Assembly (NCBI GenBank): GCA_964653485.1 | Contig: CAZZFF010000004.1 | Span: 26,069 to 90,068 of the forward strand | Source: an uncultured Verrucomicrobiota bacterium | GTDB lineage: Bacteria; Verrucomicrobiota; Verrucomicrobiia; Limisphaerales; UBA8199 | Length of the DNA: 64,000 nt | Reading direction: 5' to 3' | Shown here: positions 17,716 through 27,539 of the stretch, one piece after another | Layout of the letters: each line of letters begins with the position of its first letter | Position numbering within the stretch: the first letter of the stretch is position 1 | Translations under genes and position numbers: made by a program | Notes under the pieces: model-generated | What the model saw: only the letters and a program-made list of their open reading frames with translations | The model's database searches: none | What the model was told of the DNA's origin: nothing

Positions 17716-18387
17716 ATGCGCCCGGCAATAATCGGCACGCGGCTCAGGTTTCCCGACCCACGGTTGGCGGACGCGGAGGGTCTGGTGGCGGTCGGGGGCG
17801 ACATGTCGGCGGCGCGCTTGAGGCTGGCATACAGTTCGGGGCTCTTTCCGTGGACCGCCGATCCAATCACGTGGTGGTCGCCCGATCCGCGCGGGGTGAT
17901 CGAGTTGGACGGTTTGCACGTCTCTCGGAGCCTGGCCAAGGTGATTCGGCGGGGCGAATTCGAGGTTACGATTGACCGCGCGTTCAGGGAGGTGATGACG
18001 GGGTGCGCGGCGCCGGGGCTCGGGCGGGAGAGCACCTGGATCACCGGGGAGTTCCTTGAGGCCTACTGCGAACTGCATCGGCAGGGCTGCGCCCACAGCC
18101 TGGAATGCTGGGCAGGGACGCGATTGGCGGGCGGCATTTACGGGGTGTCGTTGGGCGGGTTTTTCGCCGGCGAATCGATGTTCCATCGCGTTGCCAACGC
18201 CTCGAAGGTCGCCCTGTTCCACCTGGTCGAGCACTTGCGCCGGCGCGGCTTTGCGCTGTTTGACATCCAGATGCTAACTCCGATAACAAGACAACTGGGC
18301 GGCACGGTTATCCCGCGGCGGGAATACCTGGGCCGGTTGCGCCAAGCCGTGGCCTTGGACCGCACATTCGGCCCGGCGCCACGGTGA
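17716..18387 (+). CDS. aat: Leucyl/phenylalanyl-tRNA--protein transferase
   Basis: In-frame ATG 17716 in ORF 17350..18387. GLVAVGGDMSAARLRLAYSSGLFPW...WWSPDPR...GESMFH...ALFDIQ matches Aat. Confidence 0.9.
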   Translation: MRPAIIGTRLRFPDPRLADAEGLVAVGGDMSAARLRLAYSSGLFPWTADPITWWSPDPRGVIELDGLHVSRSLAKVIRRGEFEVTIDRAFREVMTGCAAPGLGRESTWITGEFLEAYCELHRQGCAHSLECWAGTRLAGGIYGVSLGGFFAGESMFHRVANASKVALFHLVEHLRRRGFALFDIQMLTPITRQLGGTVIPRREYLGRLRQAVALDRTFGPAPR

Positions 18388-18429
18388 CGCAGGGGGGTCC
18401 ATGCCGCAACTGTCGGAACAAGGTTCAAC

Positions 18430-18536
18430 GGGAGAAAACGGAGAGAACGGAAAGAGACCTTCGACAAGACACCGGGAGCGTTTGAACACACATCCGGGAC
18501 GGTTTCCTCTCAGTTTCCTCTGTTATCCTCCGTGAG
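18430..18536. repeat. Imperfect inverted pair of short tandem repeats between convergent genes
   Basis: gagaaaacg/gagagaacg/gaaagagac (9-bp period, 18432-18458) faces tttcctctcag/tttcctctgtt/atcctccgtga (18503-18535). The arms are partly complementary. This is a possible bidirectional terminator-like hairpin. Confidence 0.4.
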
Positions 18537-18543
18537 CTTGCGA

Positions 18544-18660
18544 CTAATCGTTTTGAATCCAGCCTTTGCCTGGAACATACTCCCGGCTGCCGGAAGAGGT
18601 GCTGCACCCCGCGGCCAGGAGCGTTCCGAGCAACAATAGCAACAGACAAATCTTTGACAT
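18544..18660 (-). CDS. 38-aa predicted lipoprotein (below the ORF-track size cut-off)
   Basis: My own translation: MSKICLLLLLLGTLLAAGCSTSSGSREYVPGKGWIQND. It has a lipobox (LAAG|C) after a classic h-region. Confidence 0.5.
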   Translation of the reverse strand: MSKICLLLLLLGTLLAAGCSTSSGSREYVPGKGWIQND

Positions 18661-18729
18661 ACGGTGAATTTAGTCCAGATTGTGCGTGAAGGGCAAGTCG
18701 AACGATACGAGCCGAACCAATCCGGCGAT

Positions 18730-19290
18730 ATGGCTGGGAGCGAAGAGTTTTTGAAGGGCCAGTTGCTTCTCGACAGCGGGCAACTGGCAGGATCGTTTTT
18801 CCAGCGGACGGTGGTGCTCATCTGTCAGCACGACGCTGAGGGGGCGTTTGGTCTTGTGCTCAACCGCGCTACCGGAAACCAGGTGGGCGAGATGATTGTC
18901 GCGGATTTGCCCGATTCGCTGAAGGCGTGCCCTTTGTTCCTTGGCGGGCCGGTCCAACCCTCAGCGCTGAGTTATTTGCACAGCGACGACTTCAACCCGG
19001 ACGGCAACGTGATGCCGAACTTGAGCCTGGGCCATTCCCTCGATACCCTCATCGAGATTGGCGAGTCGTTTTCGCCGACGAGGAAGATCCGGCTCTTCGC
19101 GGGCTACGCCGGTTGGAGTCCAGGCCAACTCGAGGAGGAGATGAAGCGCGAGGCCTGGCTGACCCACCCGGCATCGCTGGACCTGGTGTTCGATAGCGAC
19201 CCTGACAAGCTCTGGAAACGAATCCTTGCACAGAAGGGCTGGCGGTGCAAATTGCTGGCCCAGATGCCGGAGGATCCCTCGCTGAATTAG
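18730..19290 (+). CDS. YqgE/AlgH family protein (UPF0301)
   Basis: GQLLLDSGQLAGSFFQRTVVLICQHDAEGAFGLVLNR...FLGGPVQ...FAGYAGWSPGQLEEEM. ATG 18730 is chosen inside the GTG-started ORF. Confidence 0.85.
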   Translation: MAGSEEFLKGQLLLDSGQLAGSFFQRTVVLICQHDAEGAFGLVLNRATGNQVGEMIVADLPDSLKACPLFLGGPVQPSALSYLHSDDFNPDGNVMPNLSLGHSLDTLIEIGESFSPTRKIRLFAGYAGWSPGQLEEEMKREAWLTHPASLDLVFDSDPDKLWKRILAQKGWRCKLLAQMPEDPSLN

Positions 19291-19348
19291 GGGTCTTTGG
19301 CGCGTTTTGTTCTTTTGTGTTGGGGGGCGCCTTGGCACTCTTCGGCTG

Positions 19349-19957
19349 ATGGGTGTAACGGCACAGCAGTTCAAGCAGATGGAAGAGCGTCTAAGCGGGA
19401 GCCGGCGCGCGGCGCGTCCGGTCTCCGGGAACGGCGGCCCCCGGAGCGGGGCGCCGCACCAGGTGCTTCTTGGCCTGGACCCTTCCTTGCGGGGGACCGG
19501 TTATGGCGTGATCCGCCTGGCCAAGCCTTTCCCGGAGACGCTGGCCCAAGGAACGATTTCCTGTCCTCACACCTGGGAGCATTCCCGGTGCCTGGTCAAG
19601 ATAGCGCAGTCGCTGCGGGACGTCCTGCCGCGGTTTCATCCGACCGTTTGCGTGGTCGAGAGTCTCTTTTACGCCCAGAACCTGCAGACCGCGCTGATCA
19701 TGGGAGAGGCGCGCGGCGCGGCCATGGCGGTCGTGGCGGAGGCCGGTCTGGAGATTTACGAGATGGCGCCGCGCAGAGTCAAGCAGGCCATCGTCGGTTA
19801 TGGCGCCGCTCAGAAATCGGCGGTGGCCAAGATGGTCCAGCGCCTTCTGCGTCTGCCCGAACCGCCCGCGCCGGATGCCGCCGACGCCTTGGCGCTGGCT
19901 TTGACTTTCGCCCAGGAGAACGGCCGCTATTCGCTCAACCCGCCCAAGAGAGTGTAG
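19349..19957 (+). CDS. ruvC: Holliday junction resolvase RuvC
   Basis: LLGLDPSLRGTGYGVI (catalytic Asp), VVESLFY, DAADALALAL. The start is ambiguous (ATG 19349 or 19379; the track start is TTG 19307). Confidence 0.9.
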   Translation: MGVTAQQFKQMEERLSGSRRAARPVSGNGGPRSGAPHQVLLGLDPSLRGTGYGVIRLAKPFPETLAQGTISCPHTWEHSRCLVKIAQSLRDVLPRFHPTVCVVESLFYAQNLQTALIMGEARGAAMAVVAEAGLEIYEMAPRRVKQAIVGYGAAQKSAVAKMVQRLLRLPEPPAPDAADALALALTFAQENGRYSLNPPKRV

Positions 19958-19999
19958 TGAGCAGTTCGCTGGTCCGAGGGCGGGGTTTGATTTTGAATT

Positions 20000-20602
20000 A
20001 TGATCAGTTTTCTTCACGGGACGTTGGTTGACGCGCTTCCGACCCAAGCCACTATTGATGTGAACGGGGTCGGTTACGAGGCGCTGATCCCCCTGTCTTC
20101 GTACGACAAACTGCCGCCGCCCGGCCAGAGGGTCAAACTGCTCACTCACCTGGTCGTCCGGGAGGACTCGCATACGCTCTACGGCTTCATGAGCGGCGCG
20201 GAGCGAGACCTGTTTCGGCTTCTGATCAATACGGTGAGCGGCATCGGCCCCAGGATCGCCCTCAACGTCCTGAGCGGCATCAGTGTGGTCGCTTTTCGCG
20301 GCGCGGTGGCGGCGAGCGATGTGAAGGTCTTGTCGCAGATCTCAGGGGTGGGCCGGAAGACCGCCGAGCGGATGGTCGTCGAATTGAAAGACAAGATAGG
20401 GGCTGCCGGGGCCTGGGAGGCCGCCAGCGCCCAACGCGCCCTCTCGGAGCCGGACCAACGGGTGAATGACGCGGTGCTGGCCCTGATGGCGCTGGGCTTC
20501 AAGCAACTCGAGGCCCACGATTCCGTGCGCCGCACCCAGGCCTCCCTTGGCGCGAAGGCCACGGTGGAAGAGTTGGTCCGGGCGTGCCTCAAGAAGAGCT
20601 GA
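20000..20602 (+). CDS. ruvA: Holliday junction branch migration protein RuvA
   Basis: MISFLHGTLV...VNGVGYEALIPLSSY...FRLLINTVSGIGPRIALNVLSG; 200 aa. Confidence 0.93.
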   Translation: MISFLHGTLVDALPTQATIDVNGVGYEALIPLSSYDKLPPPGQRVKLLTHLVVREDSHTLYGFMSGAERDLFRLLINTVSGIGPRIALNVLSGISVVAFRGAVAASDVKVLSQISGVGRKTAERMVVELKDKIGAAGAWEAASAQRALSEPDQRVNDAVLALMALGFKQLEAHDSVRRTQASLGAKATVEELVRACLKKS

Positions 20603-20605
20603 ACG

Positions 20606-21322
20606 GTGAGTCCCTCGTCTGAAAACTGCAATCCCCCGCCCCGCGTGAGACGGAACGGCGGTCTGGTGATACCTCATGGCCCCCGGTGGTATCAGAGGGT
20701 GGCGGCGGGGGCCATCTTTGCCTTGGTGCGCGGGGTGTCACGGACCTTGCGCTATCATTACCACGACCAATCCGGCCTCCTGGATGCGGCGGCCGGCCCG
20801 GCCATCTATTGCGTTTGGCATAATCGGCTGCCCCTTTGCATCGAGATTTATCGCGATTACGTGCTGCCCCGCACGCGGACCGCCGGCCTGGCCGCCATGG
20901 TGAGCGCCAGCAAAGACGGCGCGTTCCTGACCAGCATTTTGGAGTGTTTCCAGGTGCAACCGGTGCGCGGTTCGTCCAGCCGGCGCGGTCCGCAGGCCTT
21001 GCTGGAGCTGACCACCTGGGCGGAGCGCGGGTATGACCTGGCGATTACTCCGGACGGGCCGCGCGGCCCCCGCTACATCGTCCAGGAGGGGGTCATGTCC
21101 CTGGCCCAGCTCACGGGGTTGCCGATCATCGCGGCCTCCTATAACCTGAATTGGAAGGTCCGCTTGAACAGTTGGGACCGGTTTCAAATCCCGCTGCCCT
21201 TTGCCCGGTGCGAAGTCTTCCTCGGAAGACCGGTCCGCGTCCCGCGCGAGGCCTCCGACGCTGAGCGCGAAGACCTGCGTCTGCAACTGGAGCGAAGCCT
21301 GAACGCCATCACCAAGGATTGA
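20606..21322 (+). CDS. DUF374 / lysophospholipid acyltransferase-family protein
   Basis: YCVWHNRL...SASKDGAFLTSILECFQVQPVRGSSSRRG...AITPDGPRGPRY is the DUF374 signature. Confidence 0.8.
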   Translation: MSPSSENCNPPPRVRRNGGLVIPHGPRWYQRVAAGAIFALVRGVSRTLRYHYHDQSGLLDAAAGPAIYCVWHNRLPLCIEIYRDYVLPRTRTAGLAAMVSASKDGAFLTSILECFQVQPVRGSSSRRGPQALLELTTWAERGYDLAITPDGPRGPRYIVQEGVMSLAQLTGLPIIAASYNLNWKVRLNSWDRFQIPLPFARCEVFLGRPVRVPREASDAEREDLRLQLERSLNAITKD

Positions 21323-21374
21323 CAATTCTCCCGGCCGGCCGCACTCTGGAGGTAACATCACATCGCTCATTTCT

Positions 21375-21992
21375 ATGAAAACAAGCTTCGCTCTGGCGCT
21401 CGCCGGGGCTGTCCTGCTGGCGGCCGGGAGCGCCTTCGGGCAGGGGTCGGCAGTCATCATCAAACAGCGCGCCAAGGAGTTGCGGGACCAGAACAATGCC
21501 GAGCAAGGCGTGACCGCGCCCGCTCCGTCCGTCCAGCCCTCGGCACTCGGAGCCGCCGCCTCCACTGAGACGGCCCCGCCGCGTCCCCTCACTCCCCATC
21601 AGCAGGATTTGCTCAGGCTCCGCGGCGACCTCACCGCCATCAAACCGGATGCCCCCGCCACCCAGGCAATGAAGCAGCAACTGGCCAAGGACCTCATCGC
21701 CGCGGCCGAGGGCCCGAACAAACCCTCCCAGACCGCCGCCAACAAACTGGCCGAGAGCCTCTCCTCGGCGCTTTCGGAAAAGCTCCTCGCCACCACGACC
21801 CGCCAGCGGTTGTTCCTGAAGATCAACGCCGTCCTAAACCCGCAAAAAATCGGCCAAGCTCAACTGGCCGACATTGCCGGCGACATCCAGGCACTTTTCG
21901 AGGCCAACAACCTCGAACAGAAACAGGCCGCGGCCGTTGCGGGGGATGCCAAGGCCATTGCGGTCGAAATCCAGAAGGCGGCCGCAAAATAG
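21375..21992 (+). CDS. Secreted hypothetical protein
   Basis: Signal peptide MKTSFALALAGAVLLAAGSAFG, then an Ala/Gln/Lys-rich helical sequence. Confidence 0.55.
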   Translation: MKTSFALALAGAVLLAAGSAFGQGSAVIIKQRAKELRDQNNAEQGVTAPAPSVQPSALGAAASTETAPPRPLTPHQQDLLRLRGDLTAIKPDAPATQAMKQQLAKDLIAAAEGPNKPSQTAANKLAESLSSALSEKLLATTTRQRLFLKINAVLNPQKIGQAQLADIAGDIQALFEANNLEQKQAAAVAGDAKAIAVEIQKAAAK

Positions 21993-22051
21993 GCGCAATG
22001 GGATGCGGAGCTTCCCCGCGAGTCGGGGTTCCGCTCCGGTATATTCATTTC

Positions 22052-22180
22052 ATGACCCAAGCAGGTGCTCAGATTCTAAGCGAGATCGAGCGGCTTTCGC
22101 ACGCCGAGCAGTCCGAGTTGCGCCAGCGTATCTGCGAGCGGGTGCTCATGTCGGACGACAGTACTTTCTGCGCCGGCTAG
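22052..22180 (+). CDS. Possible addiction-module component-like small protein
   Basis: MTQAGAQILSEIERLSHAEQSELRQRICERV resembles the TIGR02574-type antitoxin N-terminus. No partner toxin lies adjacent. Weak call. Confidence 0.3.
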   Translation: MTQAGAQILSEIERLSHAEQSELRQRICERVLMSDDSTFCAG

Positions 22181-22285
22181 GCACGCTAACGGCGAAGCAG
22201 ATGCGCCTCGTTGAAGGGGGGTTCCTTCGCTGGCTGGCCATCCCGATTCAGCCGTCCGCGTGAGGAAATACCGTTCTGAGGGGAA

Positions 22286-23506
22286 ATGCAAAAGATACAA
22301 TGCGTCATCGCTTTTGGGCTTTTTGCGGCAGGCGCCAGCTTGGCAATTGCCGGTGACGGGCCGCCGGCGGCGCCCTCCACCGCGTCTGAACGAGGCTCCC
22401 TGCTCCCGTTCACGGTCCCGCTCGAATCGTCCATCCTGAATAGCCGCGCTCGCGGGCGCGATGGGCTGACCGGGCGCGGGCATCTCTTCCTCCTGGCCGC
22501 GATGAGCGCCTCCGCCTCGGTGCTCAGCGCCGCCGGCGGCAATCGAGGCGAAACCCCCAGTCGCCCTGCCCGCACAGGATTCGTGTATGACGAAGTGTAT
22601 CTCCGGCATCATACGGGCGCCGGGCATCCGGAGCGTCCCGAGCGGCTGACGGCGATCGTGGAGCGGTTGAAGCAGAAAGGTCTCCTGGCCCGGCTGATCA
22701 GTCTCAAACCCGCGGCGGCTTCAACCCAGTGGCTCACCACGGTCCATACGCCGGAATACGTCGAGAGGGTCAAGCGGAGTTGCCGGGAAGGGATTGGCTA
22801 TGTGGACACGCGGGACGCGCCCGCATCAGCCGACTCATACGAGGTTGCGCTGGCGGCGGTCGGGGGGGTGCAATGCGCGATCGATGCCGTAATGGCCGGG
22901 AAAATCGACAACGCGTTCTGCGCCATTCGTCCTCCGGGCCACCATGCGCTCAAGGACCGGGCGATGGGTTTCTGCTTCTTCAACAACGTGGCCATCGCCG
23001 CGAGGTACATCCAGAGGCACTACAACCTTCCCAAAGTCCTGATCCTGGACTGGGACGTCCACCATGGCAACGGCACCCAAGCCGCGTTTTACGATGACCC
23101 GACGGTGTTCTACTTCTCCGTCCATCAATCCCCATTCTATCCGGGCACCGGCGGCGCGGCGGAAACAGGGCGGGGCAAGGGCCTGGGATGCACGTGTAAT
23201 GTGCCGCTGCCGGCCGGGTCCGGCGATGCCGAGTACCGGCGGGCTTTCCAGGAGAGGCTCGAACCCGCTGCCGCCGCCTTCAAGCCGGATTTCGTGCTGA
23301 TCTCCGCGGGGTTCGACGCCGCCCAGGGAGACCTGCTTGGGCAAATGAAAGTGACGCCTCAAGGCTATGCCGAACTGACGCGCATCGTGAAGGACATCGC
23401 CTCCCGATACAGCCAAGGCCGCCTCGTGTCCGTTCTCGAAGGAGGCTACAACCTGGACGCCCTGGCGGCGTCCGTTGAAGCCCACCTGCGCGTCCTGATG
23501 CAGTAG
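22286..23506 (+). CDS. Histone deacetylase-family amidohydrolase (AcuC/Aph-like)
   Basis: GFVYDEVYLRHHTGAGHPERPERL, RPPGHHA, DWDVHHGNGTQ, LEGGYN. There is a ~95-aa hydrophobic N-terminal extension. Confidence 0.85.
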   Translation: MQKIQCVIAFGLFAAGASLAIAGDGPPAAPSTASERGSLLPFTVPLESSILNSRARGRDGLTGRGHLFLLAAMSASASVLSAAGGNRGETPSRPARTGFVYDEVYLRHHTGAGHPERPERLTAIVERLKQKGLLARLISLKPAAASTQWLTTVHTPEYVERVKRSCREGIGYVDTRDAPASADSYEVALAAVGGVQCAIDAVMAGKIDNAFCAIRPPGHHALKDRAMGFCFFNNVAIAARYIQRHYNLPKVLILDWDVHHGNGTQAAFYDDPTVFYFSVHQSPFYPGTGGAAETGRGKGLGCTCNVPLPAGSGDAEYRRAFQERLEPAAAAFKPDFVLISAGFDAAQGDLLGQMKVTPQGYAELTRIVKDIASRYSQGRLVSVLEGGYNLDALAASVEAHLRVLMQ

Positions 23507-23572
23507 AAGAAGCCCAAAGCAACCAGCAAAAACAATGGACAGAAGCACTGGCTGCTTGGCATCTTCGCGGGA

Positions 23573-25846
23573 ATGACAACGACTCTGGAACCTTTCTCAT
23601 CACGCCACGCCAAGCCTCTGATCGGAACGCCTTCGCCCGCTTCGGCGCGAGCGGGGCTGGCTTGCCTGTTTATCGCCCTTCTGGCGGTGGGGGCGAGCTT
23701 CTCGCCGGCCCTGAAGGCGGAAGTGCGCCTGCCCAAAATCTTCGGCAGCCACATGGTTCTGCAGCAGGAACAGGCGGTTGTCATCTGGGGCTGGGCACAA
23801 CCCAACGAAACCGTCGCCTTCCAACTCGGCCCGCAAAGCGGCCAGGCCCAGGCCAATGATCGCGGCGAGTGGCGGGCGGTGCTGCCGGCGATGAAGGCAG
23901 GCGGCCCGTTCACGCTGGCAGTGCGCGGCTCGAGCACGGTGGAGTTCGAGGACGTCATGATTGGCGAGGTTTGGCTGGCCTCCGGCCAATCCAACATGGA
24001 GATGGGCATCGGCGCCGCCCTCAACGGCCGGGAGGAAATCGCCGCCGCCAATTACCCCGGCATCCGGCTCATGATGGTCCCCAAGAGCTGGACGCCCGAG
24101 CCTCAAGACGATATGAAGGGCGCGTGGAAGGTTTGCTCCCCCAAGACCGTGGCTGAGGACGGGTGGAACGGTTTTTCCGCCGCGGCCTATTATTTTGGCC
24201 GTGAGCTGCACCGCAAACTGGGCGTCGCCGTCGGGCTGATTGATGCGTCCTGGGGCGGCACCCGCATCGAACCCTGGACGCCGCCCGAAGGGTTCGCCCA
24301 GGTGCCGGCGTTGAAGCGGGAATTCGAGTTGGTGGAACTCGGCGACCCGCGGGCCGCCCTGCACCAACAGCGCCTCGAAGCCGTCCTGAACGGCACCCAG
24401 CAGTGGCTCGACGCAGCCCGCAAGGCCCTGACCCAGCGGTCCCTGGTTCCGCCGATGCCTCTTTACCCTGCCGAACTGCTCCCGCCCCACGACGTCCAGA
24501 ATGCCACCGCCCTCTTCAACGGCATGATCCGGCCCATCTGCCCATTCGCCATTCGCGGCGCTATATGGTACCAGGGCGAGTCCAATGCGGGCGAAGGCAA
24601 GCTCTACACCGAACATACGAAGGCCCTGGTCGGTGGCTGGCGCCAGATTTGGAACCAGGGCGAGTTCCCCTTCTACTTCGTGCAGATCGCGCCGTTCAAC
24701 TACGGCGGAGGAAACCCTGAGTTCGTCGGCGAGTTCTGGGAAGCCCAGGCCGCCGCCGCCCAGGCCGTCCCCAACACCGGCATGGCCGTCATTAATGACA
24801 TCGGGAACCTCAAGGACATCCATCCGGCCAACAAACAGGAAGTCGGCCGCCGCCTCGCCCTCCTTGCCCTGGCCAAAACCTACGGCCAGGAGAAGCTGGT
24901 TTGCTCCGGTCCCACCTTCAAGGCCATGAGCATCGAAGGCGACCGCCTCCGAATCACTTTCGAGAATGCCGGCGGCGGCCTCGCCAGCCGCGACGGCGCC
25001 CCGCTCAACTGGTTTGAAATCATCGATGCCGACGAAGGCGGTTTCGTCAAGGCCGGCGCCCAGGTGGACGGCTCCACAGTGGTGCTCTCATCTCCCGACG
25101 TGAAGCACCCCGTGGCCATGCGTTTTGCCTGGAGCATGCTCGCGGAGCCGAACCTGATGAATGCCGAGGGCCTCCCGGCCGGCGCCTTCCGCGCCGGCGT
25201 CGTCCCCAAGCGCGACCTCCTCGCCCTCAAAGTCCCCGAGGCCAAGCAATACCAGTTGGTCTATGACCTGGACCTGTCAAAACTGGGTCCAAGCATCGCT
25301 TATGATGTGGATAATCATGCCGGCATCAGCAAACCCTTCGACCGCATTGCCTATTTCCTGGAGCTGCAGGCCAAAGACGGCAGCACCGAGTATGTGTATG
25401 TCTCGATGGACGCCTTCAGCCAGGACCCGGGCAAGATCGGGATTCCCACCCTTAGCTCCGGCGCCCGCTTCCAGCAAAACGTTGCCGCCATGAACGTTTT
25501 TTCCAACGTTAAAGGCATCGGCACCGGCTCAAATCTGCCCGGAGGCAACATCGAGTTCTGGCCCAACAACTACGGCCCCGAAAACAGCGCCAACGTCCCC
25601 AACGCCTCCTCTCAGGTCTTTGATTTCGGCGACCAGATTGCCGACCCGGCCGACGGCTACGGCTCGATGCAAGTCCACAACCACGACGCCAAGCAAACCC
25701 TCTTCGCCCTCAACCACTGGCGTGAGGGCAGCCACGCCGACCTGGGCCTGGGCAACCAGCCCACGGGGAATCCCGACTGGACCTTCGCCGGGAACGCCGC
25801 CGCCTATCAATCCAAACGCCTCCGCGTCCTGGTGCGCTGCCCATGA
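23573..25846 (+). CDS. Sialate O-acetylesterase-family protein with a C-terminal extension
   Basis: LPKIFGSHMVLQQEQ...GEVWLASGQSNME...IRGAIWYQGESN matches sialic acid 9-O-acetylesterase-type SGNH enzymes. About 250 extra C-terminal residues follow. Confidence 0.85.
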   Translation: MTTTLEPFSSRHAKPLIGTPSPASARAGLACLFIALLAVGASFSPALKAEVRLPKIFGSHMVLQQEQAVVIWGWAQPNETVAFQLGPQSGQAQANDRGEWRAVLPAMKAGGPFTLAVRGSSTVEFEDVMIGEVWLASGQSNMEMGIGAALNGREEIAAANYPGIRLMMVPKSWTPEPQDDMKGAWKVCSPKTVAEDGWNGFSAAAYYFGRELHRKLGVAVGLIDASWGGTRIEPWTPPEGFAQVPALKREFELVELGDPRAALHQQRLEAVLNGTQQWLDAARKALTQRSLVPPMPLYPAELLPPHDVQNATALFNGMIRPICPFAIRGAIWYQGESNAGEGKLYTEHTKALVGGWRQIWNQGEFPFYFVQIAPFNYGGGNPEFVGEFWEAQAAAAQAVPNTGMAVINDIGNLKDIHPANKQEVGRRLALLALAKTYGQEKLVCSGPTFKAMSIEGDRLRITFENAGGGLASRDGAPLNWFEIIDADEGGFVKAGAQVDGSTVVLSSPDVKHPVAMRFAWSMLAEPNLMNAEGLPAGAFRAGVVPKRDLLALKVPEAKQYQLVYDLDLSKLGPSIAYDVDNHAGISKPFDRIAYFLELQAKDGSTEYVYVSMDAFSQDPGKIGIPTLSSGARFQQNVAAMNVFSNVKGIGTGSNLPGGNIEFWPNNYGPENSANVPNASSQVFDFGDQIADPADGYGSMQVHNHDAKQTLFALNHWREGSHADLGLGNQPTGNPDWTFAGNAAAYQSKRLRVLVRCP

Positions 25847-25877
25847 GAATGCTGACAAAGGCCCTGTTGGCCGCGTG

Positions 25878-26189
25878 ATGGACAGTTTTGAAATCAGCAC
25901 GAGGCGCCTTAAAGTGGGCGCCTTCGATGACACTGATCGAAAAACCCGCCGCGCGTCCGTGGATGCGGGCACATTGACGTTCATCGGCGGCGTGACGCCC
26001 GGAATGGCCCGGTCACAGGTGATGGCACTCCTGGCTCAAAGCGAAATCAAGGCGACAGCGACGAGGAACGTAATTACCTGGACAGAGAACGGCCATGCGC
26101 GCAACAGCAACGAGACCTTCAGCATGTGGACTGCGACATTGACGTTTCGCCATGACAGGCTGGACGACATTCGCGTCGAGTGCGTGTAA
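25878..26189 (+). CDS. Hypothetical protein
   Basis: In-frame ATG 25878 of ORF 25620..26189; 103 aa. It is followed by a GC hairpin (ggcgacg-gag-gcgtcgcc). Confidence 0.35.
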   Translation: MDSFEISTRRLKVGAFDDTDRKTRRASVDAGTLTFIGGVTPGMARSQVMALLAQSEIKATATRNVITWTENGHARNSNETFSMWTATLTFRHDRLDDIRVECV

Positions 26190-26597
26190 TGCCGGCAGGC
26201 ATGGCGACGGAGGCGTCGCCCGCATCTCGAAGGTGAATTACCGGCGCACCGCGTTCAGGAACTCTCGCAAGTGCCCAAGTGCCCGGACCAGCATCGGCGG
26301 GCAGCCATGGGGTGGCTGAAGATGGTTGAGGCTATGGAGAGCCTCCCCAGCAGGACGGCAATCCTCGTTCTGGATGCGAGGAGAATCTCCCGGAGGTCCG
26401 GTCCTTTTGTAGTCGGTGACTTCGTCGACCTGCAGTGCTGACTCACGACGGTGAGCGGCAGGCCAGTAGAGCCAGATTTCCAGATTGCGGGTCGGCAGAC
26501 AGAGGCGCCCCCCTTGCCGCCATCCGCTCCGCCCGACATGCCTTGATTCTTGACTTCGCGACCCATGGGGAGCGTAATCGGGCGAACGCCCGGTTTG

Positions 26598-27431
26598 ATG
26601 ATTGAACCCTCCAGGAACCCGGAACAGATCGGCTCCCTTCGACTCGGCCGGAGGCTCGCCGGGCGCGCGGGATTTACATTGATCGAACTCCTGGTCGTCA
26701 TCGCCATCATCGCCATCCTGGCGGCGCTCCTGTTGCCGGCGCTCTCATCGGCCAAGCAGAAGAGCAAGGCGATACAGTGTGTCAGCAATCTGAGGCAGAT
26801 GACGACGTCCTATTACATGTACCAACAGGATTATGGCAAGGCGGTGGCGTACGGCGATGTCAGCACGCTCTGGATGAAGACGCTGATCCAGTATCACGCG
26901 CAGGTGGCCGCCGTGCGGCTTTGTCCGATGGCCGTTGATCGGGGCGCCCTGCCGACCTCGCAAGAGGAAGGGAACGCCGCCGCGCCGTGGCTTTGGAACG
27001 GCGACAGCAGCCCATCGTTGGACTTGGGAAGCTATGCGATCAACGGGTGGCTTTATACTTACGCCGGGGCCAGCCAATGGGTGCCGGAGCCGGAGAAGTA
27101 CTTCCCCAAAGACACCGCCATCACCCAACCTTCGCTGACGCCGGTCTTCGTGGATGCGAATTGGCCGGACACGTGGATCGAGATCACAGATACGCCTCCC
27201 CTCGACTTGTTCAACGGCGACTACAACACGGCCTTGGGCCGCGTCTGCCTGGCGCGGCATCCCCTGATGCGCAGCGCGCGAGCCGTTCAAGGAAAGAAAT
27301 TGCCGGGCGCCGTCAACGCGAGCTACGCCGATGGTCACGCGGGTAGGTTGCGGCTGCAGGACAGCAAGACGGTGATTTGGCATCTGGGTTATGTGCCGGC
27401 GGGCAACCCATGGGCCACGAGTACGCCTTAG
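26598..27431 (+). CDS. Prepilin-type N-terminal cleavage/methylation domain protein (DUF1559-like pseudopilin)
   Basis: [44 protein letters not shown] and C-terminal SYADGHAG. The start is uncertain (26550, 26565 or 26598). Confidence 0.85.
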   Translation: MIEPSRNPEQIGSLRLGRRLAGRAGFTLIELLVVIAIIAILAALLLPALSSAKQKSKAIQCVSNLRQMTTSYYMYQQDYGKAVAYGDVSTLWMKTLIQYHAQVAAVRLCPMAVDRGALPTSQEEGNAAAPWLWNGDSSPSLDLGSYAINGWLYTYAGASQWVPEPEKYFPKDTAITQPSLTPVFVDANWPDTWIEITDTPPLDLFNGDYNTALGRVCLARHPLMRSARAVQGKKLPGAVNASYADGHAGRLRLQDSKTVIWHLGYVPAGNPWATSTP

Positions 27432-27539
27432 GAGGATGGCCGAAACGCCCGCCGTGATGAAATCTCAGTCGCGGCCTCCGTCGTGAAGGTGGTCATATCG
27501 GCTGCTTTTGGAGAAGCCGTGGGAAGAGAGTTGGAAAAC

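Noticed and set aside
23600-24823. 407-aa minus-strand ORF
   Set aside because: It is antisense to the sialate O-acetylesterase gene and shows no recognisable features.
26190-26549. Possible gene or ncRNA in the 360-bp gap before the pseudopilin gene, and the hairpin ggcgacg-gag-gcgtcgcc at ~26203-26220
   Set aside because: No convincing ORF appears in any frame. The minus ORF 26255..26788 is antisense to the pilin N-terminus. The hairpin lacks a U-tract, so it is not called as a terminator.
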